A DNA stretch of 54,065 nucleotides from contig NW_015165302.1 in assembly GCF_001447785.1 (NCBI RefSeq), forward strand, positions 186,001 through 240,065, read 5' to 3'. Below are positions 21,786-34,721 of the stretch, piece after piece; within the stretch, counting starts at the first letter, position 1; every line of letters starts with the position of its first letter. The notes under the pieces were generated by a model. That model did not search any database and was not told the DNA's origin. It worked only from the letters and a program-made list of their open reading frames with translations. The position numbers were made by a program, and so were the translations under genes. This DNA is from Gekko japonicus. Taxonomy: Eukaryota.

Positions 21786-24404
21786 GGATGGCACACGCGG
21801 TATAAAAAAAAGGAGAAGAAAGAAGTCGGTCTCTCTCCCCCTCCCCCTCCCCCTCGCCTGTAGGATTGACATGAAGCCCGGACCCGGGGGTGGAAAGTTT
21901 GGGTTCAGACGGGGCAGGAAGTCTCCCTTCCAGGCCCTTAAGGAAGGAAGGAAGGAAGGAAGGAAGGAAGTCCAGATTGCACTACTTAAATTGGGTCTCC
22001 GGGGTTTGCGCAAGGGAGCCTGGACAGACAAGTAGCTAGTGGGAATCTTTTTTCTCTCCAGCCCCCCCTTTAGTTCCTGGGTACAAATCTCGCCCGCGCC
22101 CTCCGTCACGCACAGACGCACCCCCCCCCCCCATAACCATTCAAGGATTCGACACTCGGTCTGTTGGAACCACCTTTATTCTGGACGTGCCAGGAGGGGG
22201 ATATTTGTTCGGGGAGAGGCGCGGAGGATCCGGAGGAGACTGCCAGGCAATTCGCCCAGGTTGGACATCGGCGTGGGCTCCTCGTCCTCCCCCAGCGTCT
22301 CTTATTGACTCTCGAGGAGCCGGGCTTGGGGAGTGGGTGTGTTTGTATGGGGAGGGAATGAAATCGCACCGGCAGCTCGGCTGGGAAGAAAACAAAAGAC
22401 ACCTCACCCCCCCAGCAAAGAGAGCAGACCTGATTTTCTCTCTTAAAAAAGAAAGACCTGCAATCCCTAACGATTTCGTGACTGCCGGACGCTCCTCTCC
22501 GAAATTTCCTGGAAAGCTTCTCTCCCTGGCTCGGTTTAGAAACACACGGCGAGCTTTACACAGAGGAGCCTCACGCCCACCCCTTTGCATCTTTCATGTC
22601 TGTGTCCTTATCCATGTACCGATGCAAGATCTAGCCGCCTTCACATACCTGAGTACATTTGCACACACTCCCTCGTCTTCATTACAGAGATCCGGAGCTG
22701 GGGTGTGTGCGTGTGTGCGTGCGTGTGTGTGTGCTTTTCCCTTGGATTTCTGAAGCACCCCCTTCCAGAAGGCATCGTTCAGAACCGCAGCCCTAGGGCC
22801 ACCTCCCCCCCCCTCCCCAGAGAAACATCATTAAAAAAAAATACAACCAAAATCGACTCAGTGATGAACATTGGACACATGGGCGAAGAAGTCCGTTTTA
22901 TGTAGAAGCGACAACGTCCACTTCGCAATCTGTACGAAAAAAACAAGGCGTGGATCCATTTCCCCCCCCCACACACACACACCCGCACAGCTCAACCCAT
23001 GCGCAAAGACAGACAGGATTACATAGGCACATCAAACATATTGTACAGGCTTCTAAGACTGGTGTGTAGGTGCACGCACACAAAGACTCATAGACAGGAA
23101 TTAGAGGTACACACAACTCGGCTGTCTACGGAAGGGCCTCCTGGAAAGCACGCGTTTACAACTCACAATCTCTCCAAGAATATTGGGGGGTGGGGGTATC
23201 CTCGAATGTGATGTCACCGGTTCCTTTATGGACTGCCTGGGTGTCATTAAGAAAAGCCAATATTTCCCAGCGAGTTTCCTGGGCCATTTCCTGGTCTCCA
23301 AGCCGAGCGGCGGCGTTTGCTCTTGGGTAGGGGCCGGCTTCCCCGGCGCAGGAGGCGGGGAGGCGTTCTACGCTTCCCAGCCCCTGGTTTGAAGGTTGAA
23401 GGGATTTCCCAGCATTTGGACTTCAGTTTGGGAAGTCACGTTCATTTGCAAATTCCTTTTAAACGCCGTTTCTGCTCCGGATTTTCACCCCCTCTCGCTT
23501 TCCCCCCCCCTCTACCCCACCCACCTCTCGCCTCCGAAAGTAGCGGTTGGCCATCCGGTCTTTTTCTCCCCCCCACTCCCCCCAATCTCTCCCCGGAATA
23601 CAAGGGTTAGGGACTGGTGAACGTCATGTCCTTGATGTGTGCTAACCTCGAACAAACAAAACAGAAATCAACAGCAGAACGGCAGGGGCGAAAGAGGCGG
23701 CTGGAGAAACCCGAAAAAGGTGAAGGAGACCTCGACGTAGCTTAACGATCCTCCAGGGCGACTCGGGGTCTCTTCTGGGTTACAAAGCGGGGAAGGCCTG
23801 GGTCAGATCTACTTTGATTTTTCACAAGGCTTTCAGAAGCCACTCCCGGGCTGTTTCCCTTCCTTTCCAAAACTATGAGAACGTGTTCAAAGAAGCCAAA
23901 AGCGCAAATGCGACCAAAATTCCTGTCCGCAGGGTGGGTTTTTCTCAATGATGGATATGGGTTTGTTTGTTTTCTTGGTTGGTTGGTTGCTTTGAGTCTA
24001 CATATCATTTGGATAAGCAGTCTCAGAATTACCTGCTTGGGGCCTGAAGCCGGCTTTATGTCTTTTTATTTGACTCGACTCGCTTACCCTTTACGAGTGG
24101 CTAGGACGAGGGCGTCCGGGTCAGGTCGTAATATGGCTTTTACAAGCATTTTTGGAACTTCTCAGGCCCTTTAATGCGCAACTCTCGGCTCTTTTCTCCC
24201 GACCTTACAGTTCACAAGGATTCAAGATAGTCGGTGCGCACCATATCGGCCTCTTTTGCCTTCCAAAATGCAGGACTTCGCTGACCGGCACGAAAGACCC
24301 TCGGACAGAAAAAAAGGGACCGGAGGCCTTCAAGCTGTACGACCTTGGTCGTGGGGTGGATTAGTTTTCTCGAAAGACCAAAGGAACCTCATGACTTTAC
24401 AGAG

Positions 24405-24410
24405 TTTATT
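24405..24410 (-). terminator. Candidate Hoxd10 polyadenylation signal
   Basis: AATAAA on the minus strand ~750 nt past the stop. Confidence 0.5.
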
Positions 24411-24863
24411 GCATTATACATGCGAATAGGACATGCACAACGAAGAAGACATATTGCTTGTTATACGACTAAGATTTCCACGTATGCACCACAAGGGGAA
24501 AGGGGGGGGGGAATAGAACGTATACACTCGAGGAAGAATGGAAGATTCCATCGCTCGAAGGACACATGGGACGCACACGGAAGGAGAAGAGAGTTAACAT
24601 CATAAAATGTGCTTTCTTTCTTTCTTTCTTTATTCCTGTCCCTCCCCCACGAGGATCCCCCCTTTTTTCTTAAAAAAAATAATAATTCCAAAATATTTTA
24701 TATCGTCAAAATGTCATGGCCCGTGTCCTAGCGCCCCCCCCACATAAATACCACGTGGTTAGTTTTATTTTTTTTAAAAAAAACAACATGAAAAAGTCAC
24801 ATTTTCTGGATGTTCGACAAGTCCAATAAGTTAAGACCAAAATGACCGTGTTCAATCAGCGTT

Positions 24864-24870
24864 TACCCTG
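24864..24870 (-). promoter_or_regulatory. miR-10 seed site (7mer-A1, CAGGGTA) in the Hoxd10 3'UTR
   Basis: Plus strand taccctg equals miR-10 nt 1-7; HOXD10 is an established miR-10b target in mammals. Confidence 0.6.
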
Positions 24871-25163
24871 CATTACTATGAGAAAATAATAATAATAATA
24901 AATTACACGTGCTAGACTTCCTTTTTTAATTATATATATACATATATACTCGTCGTAGGAACATACATAGACACTTGTAAGCACTAGAAAGAATGACAAA
25001 AAATCACATTCTATCAGAAAGTTAAAAAAAAATGGAATTGTACCAAGGGATGTAGTTTTTTGTTTGTTTGTTTTCTCTCCCCCCCAAGTCTTCCCTACAT
25101 GGATAACAACTGGTGGTAACTGGGCTTGTGTCTCGACTCGTGGTCAGCCCCCAGGTGAACGGT

Positions 25164-25441
25164 TTAAGAGAAGGTCAGATTAGCGGTCAGTTCTCGGATT
25201 CGGTTCTCCCTGCTCATCTTCTTGAGTTTCATTCTGCGGTTCTGAAACCATATCTTGACCTGCCTATCAGTGAGGTTAACGCTCTTACTGATCTCTAGGC
25301 GGCGCTCTCGAGTGAGATACATATTGAACAAGAACTCTTTCTCTAATTCCAGTGTTTGATGCTTAGTGTAGGGGCATCTCTTCTTTCTCCCACTCTTTGC
25401 TGTTAACCAATTGCTGGTTGGAGTATCAGACTTGATTTCCT
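25164..25441 (-). CDS. HOXD10: Hoxd10 exon 2 (homeodomain)
   Basis: [92 protein letters not shown]; acceptor ttttgctag. Confidence 0.98.
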
Positions 25442-27064
25442 CTAGCAAAATCGAAGGAGAAGAAAGGAAGGAAGGAAGAAAAAAACAAAATAGAAAGAAA
25501 GGGAAATAAAAATAACCTCAGTCTGTTATAGTGTACCCTTGGCCATGAACCCATGTCCATTGTGTCTGGCAGATATGGTGTCTTGTGGGTATTAAACATT
25601 GCTTAAAGGAGGTGTGCACAACTGGAGTAATGCGGGGTTTGCCCCCCAAAAAACGAATATTCCTCCCAGATTCGAATTAAACAATGCCAGCACCATTCCG
25701 TGCCATCCTCGGGATTGTTTCTACAGCATTTGTGTGCGTCATCTGACACATTCTACAGACGACAACATACACATCTAGGCTAGTTCTCAATGGATGGAAC
25801 AATATTCTCCTTGCCATATGCCAGTGCTCACGTTATAGCGAGTCCGACCCACGCCATAGATGCCCCCTTACTTAGAAAATGGCTCTGTGGAGAAAACCAG
25901 CATTTTGACAGAGACTCTCACCCTCGCAATCAAACACACAGCCAGAAAATCAGGTGGCCTTTTGCCCCCAGGTAACGCCAGGATATTTAAAAAAGAAAAT
26001 AAAAAAAGAAAAACGAAAACACCACCAAATAGGAACCATATTCTATTTCCCCACCCCGTTTTCCCGTGAGAATATTGTATTCTCCTCACATTACGGGCAA
26101 ATTTTTGTCCTAAGGCTTATTTTAGTGTTTGTCTGCAAGGCTGCAATTGTTTCGCATCCGCTTCGTGTGTACAGAACAATCTAAGGCTCATAGCAGGCTT
26201 TGCAAAGGTGAAATGTCCTCAGGCCATTCACCCCCAACCCACCCCGTTTTCGCTATTCTGCCATGTTACATTACCCCACTACAAAGGACTCCTTGGACAC
26301 CCCCTCCCTTCCTTTAAGGACAATGAAATCAACATGCTGCCCCTTCGTTTAAAACCAAAATTTAAAAAACCAAAACAAAATCAACCTCCCAATCATAGTG
26401 GACACTTGGAGACAAAAGCTAGGCTATCTCAGATATATTATTGACCGTCTTGGGCGGCAGGGGCTGGCAAAGAAAGGGCCATTTCTGAAGGTCCATCTCC
26501 TTCAAAGTTTGTACAGCTCTGCGGCATCCCATCCGACCACCCCCCACTTTTTTTTTAAAGCACCTTGATCTGGACTATTTATGTTTAGCAATCAGATGAT
26601 GAGAAGATCCAGCGGAAAGACCTGGTCCCAGCGTGACCCTGGAGGGACTCGGCTGCCGTGCGACCACCACAGCCTTGGGGAAGGTGCTGTTCAGGCACTG
26701 AGGGAGGCGGTCTGTTCCAAAGCCAAGAGAAACCTCTAGGGCAGGATCCGAGCACGGGGGTCCCCCTCGAAGAGTCGGGGGGCGAGGGCTTGGCCTCACT
26801 GCTGGGGCAAGAGATCCCACCCCTCCGCCCCCTTTGCTGAGAAGCCAAGGGGAATCCAGCATCCGCAGCAGCCAGGCAGAGGAAAGAGGGGTGGGGGTGG
26901 AGAGAGGAGAAGACCCCCCTCTTTCCTCCCTGAACAACCATGGCTGCGCTGAAGCACGACCTGAGGCGGTCTGAGGAGACCGGCGCGCCCCAGTCCTCCT
27001 CCTTCCCCCCCCCAGGGTCTCCCACCCCCCCAAGTTCGTGCCTGGCTGCGTGAGGCATACCGAC

Positions 27065-27872
27065 CTTTGCTTTCCTTCTCCTGGGCTTCCGGGCTGGAGA
27101 CCGAGGCTTCGGCCAGGCAGCTCCTGTCGTCCTGGAGCGCGGACTTGGGCTCGGGGCTCTCGACTTGGGCCACTTTGGAGGAGTTGTCCGGGTGGTGGCT
27201 GTTGCCGCCGCCGCCTCCTCCTCCGCCGCCGCCTCCGCCTCCTCCTCCTCCGCCGCCGGCCGGGTTCTCATTCATCTTCTTCTCCAGGGGAAGTTGGGAG
27301 GCGAGCTGCGGCTTGGAGGCGCCGCGCGGGTTTAACTGTAACATGACAGTGGAGCTCGTTTCGGGGCTGTTATTGTACTCTTGGGCTTTCCCGGCGGCGT
27401 AGGTCTGGCTGAGCCTGAAGTAGCCGGGGACGGGGACCTCGGGGTTCTCGATGGGGCAGGAGTCCGAGACCAGCCTCTGGTAGGAAGGGACCTCGGAGGA
27501 GGAGACCAGCTTGGAGCGCTTATCGGAGTACATGCAGCAGTTCGTCTCCTCCTTAATGTTGGTGGCGAAGGAGCAGGTGGGGACCTGCTGCGTAACAGGT
27601 TGCTCTAGCCGGCAGGACCTGTTCGGGTCTGTCCAATTGTCTACTTGAGGTATATACGGATGTACATTCATACCCATGTTTTGATGGTTCACCTCCCTTT
27701 TGGCCAGAGACGGTAGCAGTCCACAGGTTTGCATCCCGTAAGTCCCAAGGTCTGTGCTGGGAGGCATGTACATGCTGGCGCTGTTGGAATAGAAACTGTC
27801 ACTCCTGCAGGCACTGATCAGCGAGTCGACTAAAAAAGTATTGGCGGCAGGAGAGCTGTTGGGAAAGGACAT
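27065..27872 (-). CDS. HOXD10: Hoxd10 exon 1
   Basis: [29 protein letters not shown]...[13 protein letters not shown]...QEKESK; donor AAAG|GTCGGT; 808+278 nt = 361 aa. Confidence 0.98.
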
Positions 27873-27922
27873 TTTGGGGAGGAATTTGAGGAAGAGAGAT
27901 GGTCTCCTTTGTAGGCTGACAT
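27830..27922 (-). other. Out-of-frame uORF overlapping the Hoxd10 start (30 aa, [20 protein letters not shown]...)
   Basis: ATG 50 nt upstream of the main ATG with G at -3; stop at 27830-27832 inside the CDS. Confidence 0.5.
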
Positions 27923-27964
27923 CTCTACGAAAACATTCCCTGTGTAATTGTGGATGCCTCCGCA

Positions 27965-28040
27965 CGACCACATGACGGCTGAGCCAATGAGATTTGAAAA
28001 TGGCCTTGAGCTGCTACCTCCCCGCCGGTCACGTGCTCCC
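27965..28040 (-). promoter_or_regulatory. Hoxd10 proximal promoter
   Basis: CACATGAC-n5-AGCCAATGA, AAAATGGC (YY1-like) and GGTCACGTG E-box. Confidence 0.65.
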
Positions 28041-28894
28041 CGGGACACTCCGGGCTGCGGCGCAAAGGTGGACAACAGCGACACCTAGAACGTCCCGGCG
28101 AAAGTGCGCCCGCCCGCCCCGACCTGGGCAGCNNNNNNNNNNNNNNNNNNNNNNNNNNNNNNNNNNNNNNNNNNNNNNNNNNNNNNNNNNNNNNNNNNNN
28201 NNNNNNNNNNNNNNNNNNNNNNNNNNNNNNNNNNNNNNNNNNNNNNNNNNNNNNNNNNNNNNNNNNNNCTCAACTCGCCCGACTTAAAACAAAACACACT
28301 ACGTCGATCTCCCCCCCCCTATCCTCCCTCTCCTTCTCCTTTTTGATTTTAATTTCATCTAGTTGTCCGGATTCAGCCTGATCCTGACAGCCACTGCTCT
28401 TTTGCGCCAAGAGAAGGATGAGGCAGGTACTTCAACAAAGTCCTGGCGGGGCGAAAGGGAGGGGAAGGGGAGAGGGACCCAGGGCTGCTGCAGGGAAGCC
28501 GTTCAGCAAGCAGGCAACCGGACTGCGTAAAATAGGGGGCATTTCCCTCAATCTTCCTGCCTCTCTCTCTCTCTCTTTCTTTCTGTCTCTCTCCCCCCCC
28601 CCAACAGGATTGTCCAGGATCCTGTTAGGTTCTATAAACTGTCAGCGATTGGAACTATCCCTAAAGCTCAGCCCGGAAAAAATACACCTTTCTCTCTTCC
28701 CTCCCCCAACCACTTGCTCTTCTTAATCCAACCCTTGTCTCAAGAATCAGATTCCAGAGACAGTGCCGGCAACCACCACCCCAAAAAAAAGTTGTTGTGG
28801 GCGGTGGACTAGGTTTGAAGTGTAGGTGATTCCCCCGAAGTATCCTATTTGGGGGGACAATACAAAGGGAGAGTTGGGAGTGGGTGGGAATAAT

Positions 28895-29210
28895 GTTTTC
28901 CTTTTATGGATTTTGTAAAAGCCTCGCTTCCTGACAAGTGCAAGGTATCAAAGGTTGTGGGATTTATTAATACAGATTAAGAAGAATCAGGGCGATCAAT
29001 AAAACCCTCATCTGCATTCTTCGGCGACTTGGTAATTTTCTCGCTTCTGAAGCTTTTTCAAGAGTTATACCCTCTATTGCCACACACGCGGGGGAAGATA
29101 TTTTATGAACAAATCAATCGAGACTTTGTAAAGGATAAGATTAATAGTTAAGCTTTAGCATAATGGCGTTCGCGTTATGAATTATTGAAAATTATACTAT
29201 TGATTTCGGG
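28895..29210. promoter_or_regulatory. Putative enhancer upstream of Hoxd10
   Basis: Dense TTTTATGG, TTTATTA, CAATAAAA, TTTTATGA and AATCAATC (PBX/HOX-like) motifs in non-repetitive sequence. Confidence 0.4.
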
Positions 29211-32200
29211 CGGGGCTGGGCGCCCCCCCCTCACCAAGAAAGGTCAATTTTTGTTTTAATACAAATCGTCAAATATTACAAGCTAGACTTTTGCCGTAAG
29301 TTCAGTTTCACAGACAGACCAGATTCGAATGAAAGAGAGAAAGAGAAAGGGAGAGAGAGAAAGCCCTCTGCATTCTTTCTCATACATCCATGAACAAAAA
29401 TCCCTTTGCCCGTGAACATGGAAAGATCAGAAGGCGACATTGGTCTGATGTGACGCCTTTCAACTTCCAAAGCTGGTGCAAGATGCGGCCTTGGCTTCGC
29501 TAGAAACGGATCAAGATCTGGCGTTGACTATTCAAAAGAAGGAAAAGACCCCAATCCAACCCTCTCCAATGTGCTGAAATCGACGGTCTCAGCACCAATG
29601 GTGGAAACATTTCAGATACGCTTCCTGATTTCGGATGTTCTCGGTTGCCTCTCTCTTCGGCTATCGTCCTGACTTGCATTCAAACGCAGCAACGCTCGTG
29701 AAACAGCTGGCTGGTTATTTATTTGTTTTAATTAATAGTTCTGGTCTCTCCCCACGCCTTGTGGAATTTATTTATTTTTTTAAAACCCCAAAGGTTCTCC
29801 CCGTTTTCGAGGAAGGGAATGGAGGCGCGCGCGTCACGCCTGCCCTGGTGCCTCTCAAAGATGGAGCTCCTCGCTTCCTCTTTATTTATTTGGGGCCTGG
29901 AGATCTCCCACATTCGCCAAAACCTTCCTGGCCGCCTTCAAGACAAAGTCAGGAACAGACACACACGCGCACACAGACAGACAGACAGACACACACACAC
30001 AAAGCCAAGAAACAAACAGCAAATCCTCGAAAGGGAGTCTGGCATCTGCCCCCTCTGGCCGGGAGATCTGCGTGCCAGAGGATCATTTCCTCACTCTAGA
30101 TTTCTACGGGGTCACCCCCCCCCTCCAACACCACCCATCCACCCCCAAACCCGGCCATGTCTTTGTTCACTTTCTCCGTAGCCCCCTTTTTATTTTATTT
30201 TATTTCCTGAGCACAATCGCCCTGCTGAAAACTCTCGCGGTGGCCATGAGACAGCCCCCCCCTCTTCCAAACCTTATCGCAGCTGTTCAAATACAACATC
30301 ATGGCCACGTTAAGGAGCCCGCGCCTTTGGCGGCCTCTCTCGCCAGCTTCTGCCTTGCCCAAGGGGTCTGAGCTTACCTTCCCCATAGTCCCTTGCTTCC
30401 ACCCCCACCAGCCCCACACTCTAGCTTCTTCGCCCCCCCCCCCACAATCCCTTCGAATGGAAGGCTAGATCGGTGTCCTTATCCTGGACGCAGATTTGGG
30501 ATTAAGGTACACCCCTGGAAGGCGGTGGTGTGAGGGTGGAGAGAGAGAGGAATTTTGCCTCTCCCCCCCCCCTCTATTTAAGATCATTATCAGAGCCATT
30601 GCTAAGATTTTGTCTGAGCTGTGGAACAAAACAGAAGCAGAGGTCAGGATGCCTCTTCTTCTTTGGGGGCTGGCTCCCCCCCTCCCCATTGTGCCTCCCT
30701 GCAATTTCCTCCCCACCCCTCAGCCACCCCTCCCTCCCTCCAAACAAGACGCCAGACAGCCCACTGAGTTTAAAGGAACCCCATCGTATTCGTTCCTAGT
30801 CCTCCCTGGGTTAATGGCGAGATCTAATCAGGGATTTTATTCCGATCAAATGGCCTTCCATAAGCCTTGTTTACACTTTCAAGAAGTGTCCCAGATATAG
30901 CCCAGTGGAGACATCCCTGCTGTTTTGTTTGTTTTTTTAAAAGGAAAAAAAATATATGTTTTCTTTTGGCTGTAACATCGCCCAGTTGTGAAGTTAAAAC
31001 AATGGCCCAGACCCCTCTCCTCTTGACATCCCTCGAGTGGGCATTGTTTAATGAACTGAATCTGAGGCTCAAGCCCGGGTTTGCTGGTGTAGATTGGAGC
31101 GCCAAGATATCAATAGCGCAATTCATGCTGGCCAGTCCTTGGCTAAATGGGATGTGGGTCCCACAAATACTCTCCAACTCCAAATCGTTACCAATCAACT
31201 CCTTTTGAGCACTGACTTGGAATTCAGCCGGGCATTTGCAAAGGAAAAGGGATTGGGGCGGGGGTGGGTTGAAGAGAAAAGCCGAAATTTCAAAATTGGT
31301 TGGACGTGTCTAAAGGTTGAATAAACACCTCTTGGAGGGAAATGAGTTACTTAGACCTTGCCTGTTTAACACCACTCCAGTTTTCAATCATTTTAAAGAT
31401 GGGATTGTAGTAATTAACATTAATAAATAAATCAATATTGTGCCATAAACGAGATATACAATCTACATTAACGTAAAGGGTTTTCCCCCTCTTTACTGTC
31501 CCATATTTTTTCTCTCTCTAACGGGGGGTGAGCCCCCCAAAAAAGATCCATTTATAACTCGATTACTATTTGCAGTAAAATATATGTTGACACCTCCCTT
31601 TTCCGCCTTAATAAATAATTGAAAATGAAACATGGGAGGCCAAGTCCTTCCTTTAAAGTTTTATTTTAATCCTTCTTTCTTCCACATTTTACTTCCATTG
31701 GTGTGTGTGTATATATATATACACACACACACACACAATTTTTTTTCTGCCACCCCACCCCACTATTCCTATACCGAATTTTTCTTTTTGTCCAGATTTT
31801 AAGGCGTTGTGGGAGAGGGAGGAATATATATTTAAAGGCTAGGGGAATAATGGGCAGTTGTCGATTCAGACCGGGGGAGGGGTGTGTGGGGGGAAAATAT
31901 CAAAATTGGCCCAGCCAATATTGCTCAGAAGAGCGGCTGGGTTTGAAAAAAGAAGGATAATCCTGGACGCCTCCCTCCCTCCCTCCATTCAAACTTTTGC
32001 TCTTGGCGATATTTACTAATAGGTCCACCCTGTTTCATGACATCCCACCGCGGAGCTTGGGAACTGGAAGGTGCTCCTTTCAGCCCAGGAAACCAATGTC
32101 ACGGCTATACTATCTGGTGACTTCCCTCCACCTAGCACGCCGGCGAATGAATCCGTTTCTGTCCTGCGCCTCTCAGACCTCATATGGAATAGTGACAAAG

Positions 32201-34695
32201 CCCATAATAATTTGGATTTATAAAAAAATCTCTTTACAAAGCAAAATTAGCACAACCTCGGCATGCGCAACAGCATGCGGAACGCCGTTCTGTGATCATC
32301 CATTTTGCTTGAGAACATGGATAGAATAATTCAACAGTTTCCCTCCCCCTTCTCTCCCCCCAATGCAGATATTTTTATATGGGGCGTGTATCCATAAAAG
32401 TGTGTCATAAACAAAATTCTCCGCAGAGGATTCGCTTCCTTTGCCTATTGTTTCTCCCAAGTTCTTTGTGTTTGGCAGTGCCCAGTTCCGTTTCTGACCC
32501 GTTGAGGCTGTCCCACCCCCACCCCCCCGAGGGCCCGGCCCAGTCGAAAGTCTCAGGGTGGGTGGGGGTCTTTTACACCCTCCGGTCATTAGAAAAGGCT
32601 GGATCAGTCGGGTCTGACCGGTATTGAACGGCTCCTGCCAGCATAGATCTGAAAATATCCATCCAGCGGCCCCGTCTCAGGCTCATATCAAGACAGCAAA
32701 AAGACTACAGCGATTTCAGCCTCTTCTGCCGGTGGGTGACAGTGGCCAAAAGGCCCCAGTGGAGATATCCCTTCTATTTTTTGTACATATATATATATAT
32801 ATGTGTGTTTATACACACACACACACACACACACATTCACACACACACATATATATATCTTTGGCTGTTACATCGCCCATCTTTTTACGCTTACTAGCCA
32901 AAAGAAATTTGAGAATTGTTTCGAGAAAGAGACTGAAATAACTATTATCTCTGATCTCTCTCCCAAAACACCAAGTGAGCGAATGTCCAGCGCGCACCCT
33001 CAAAAAGAGAGAGAGAGAAAGCCAACATTTTGAATGAGCGGAGTACATATGCATTGATGTATACACAGAGTATGTATATGCCTGTCTTACGTACGCATAT
33101 CCATCCATACCTACGTACAGGCTTACATACGAAGCTCTTTGTATCTGTAAGATGTCGGTTCTGAACACGCAGAGGACAATTCCAACCTCCCCCCCCTTTA
33201 TTATTTTTTTAATCGGTTCTGTAACCATACGTGCGCGGGATAAACGAAATGTTTCTCAGAAAACACCTTTTTCCGCCTGGTGTTGATCTGAGATTCTTTT
33301 ACACCCGGAAGCATCCCGTTCAAATCCTGACGCCACAAGCCTACACGGAGAGCGGAGCGGTCCAACAACGCCCCTTCGAGCGTTCCAAATGTACAATATT
33401 CAACCACAACCTCACATGGCCAGAACAACGCCTTTGTATAAATGGCATAAAGAGGCGGAGAAGTTTAAAAAAGAAAAGGGGGGGGAATCACACAGACGCA
33501 CGCACAAATCGGCATAATTTTATCATGGTGCGATGCGATACCTCAGGAAGTCCGTGCATTTAAAAGAAACACCAAGATAACTTCCTCCCCGATGCATCAT
33601 TTGGTCTCAAAATAGATTCAAAGCACACCGTACCGTTTATGCTGCATTTGAACTAGCAAAATATTGCGTTGCTTATCCTTCAGGATCTGGGATCTTGTCT
33701 GGAGTTCCCCCTCCTATTTATTGCAGACGGGTAGTCTATTCTAGGTAACTGGAGTAACAATGAACTTCTAAAAAGAACCCACACCAACCTCTGGAAAACA
33801 AAGTCTGGGACACTCATTTCCTAGGAATGACTTTGAATGTGTCTGGTAGATTGGACCACACGTTTGCCTAATTATCAGTGGTTATTTCTACGACGGGCGG
33901 AGCGGTGAAACTCTACCTCTGATCTTCTTTAAAAACTTATTCTTCAAAACGAGTCCGTGGGAAGGACCGAAGGTGGCCAATTCAATTGAGAATGTCAGAG
34001 ATGAAATTCCTCAAAAGACCTTCTGTTCTTAGAAATGATAATAATAATAATTCGGGTGTTCTTTTAACCGGGAATCTAGTTTCTCCGTTGAGGCTCAAGG
34101 TAACGAGAAAATTCTCATTTTTAAAAAAAGAAAAGAAAAGAAAACAGTGTTCTTATCTCTGGTTAACAAAGCTGTCCTCAGAGAAATTGCTGCTCCTTAC
34201 CATAACACCCCAAATCAGCTACCGATTATGTAACAACAGCAAAAAAAACAACCCCTCTCTACATTTTGTAAAATTGTGTTATCTGCTTGCGTTCTCCTGA
34301 AACTGAAGACCTGATAGAATATTCTAAATAGGAGCTAGGGAGATTTGTATTCGTTGGCTGTTACTCTAACACTTTCAAAAGAAACAATTAGAATTCCATT
34401 CGACTGAGGAAATTTAAGAGATAAACTAACTCCTCTTTAAAAATCATACGTTTTTCTGGGTTTTTTTTTTAATCTTATGTTCCGTATGGTAAAAGATTAA
34501 AAATAAAATACGTCTAGATCATGTCACGACTGTGAGTTACTTGTTTAATAAATCTTGTTTATGCTTTATTTTCTCATTTCCCAAGCCCTGAAATCTTATA
34601 GTTGCTTATATATTAGGTATTTTATTGGTAGCAGTATTATTAGGGAGGAAATACACATGGAGCAGCAAGACAATTATGCATTCTGGAATATTAGC

Positions 34696-34721
34696 GCGCC
34701 CTCTTGTGGAATTTAGCTGCA
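34696..34721 (-). promoter_or_regulatory. CTCF motif between Hoxd11 and Hoxd10
   Basis: Minus strand TGCAG-n7-CCACAAGAGGGCGC: strong core plus upstream module, isolated in AT-rich DNA. Confidence 0.7.

Noticed and set aside
24782-24793. 12-nt match to miR-196a nt 8-19 between Hox10 and Hox9 (possible mir-196 relic)
   Set aside because: No seed and no hairpin partner; AT-rich 3'UTR context; likely chance.
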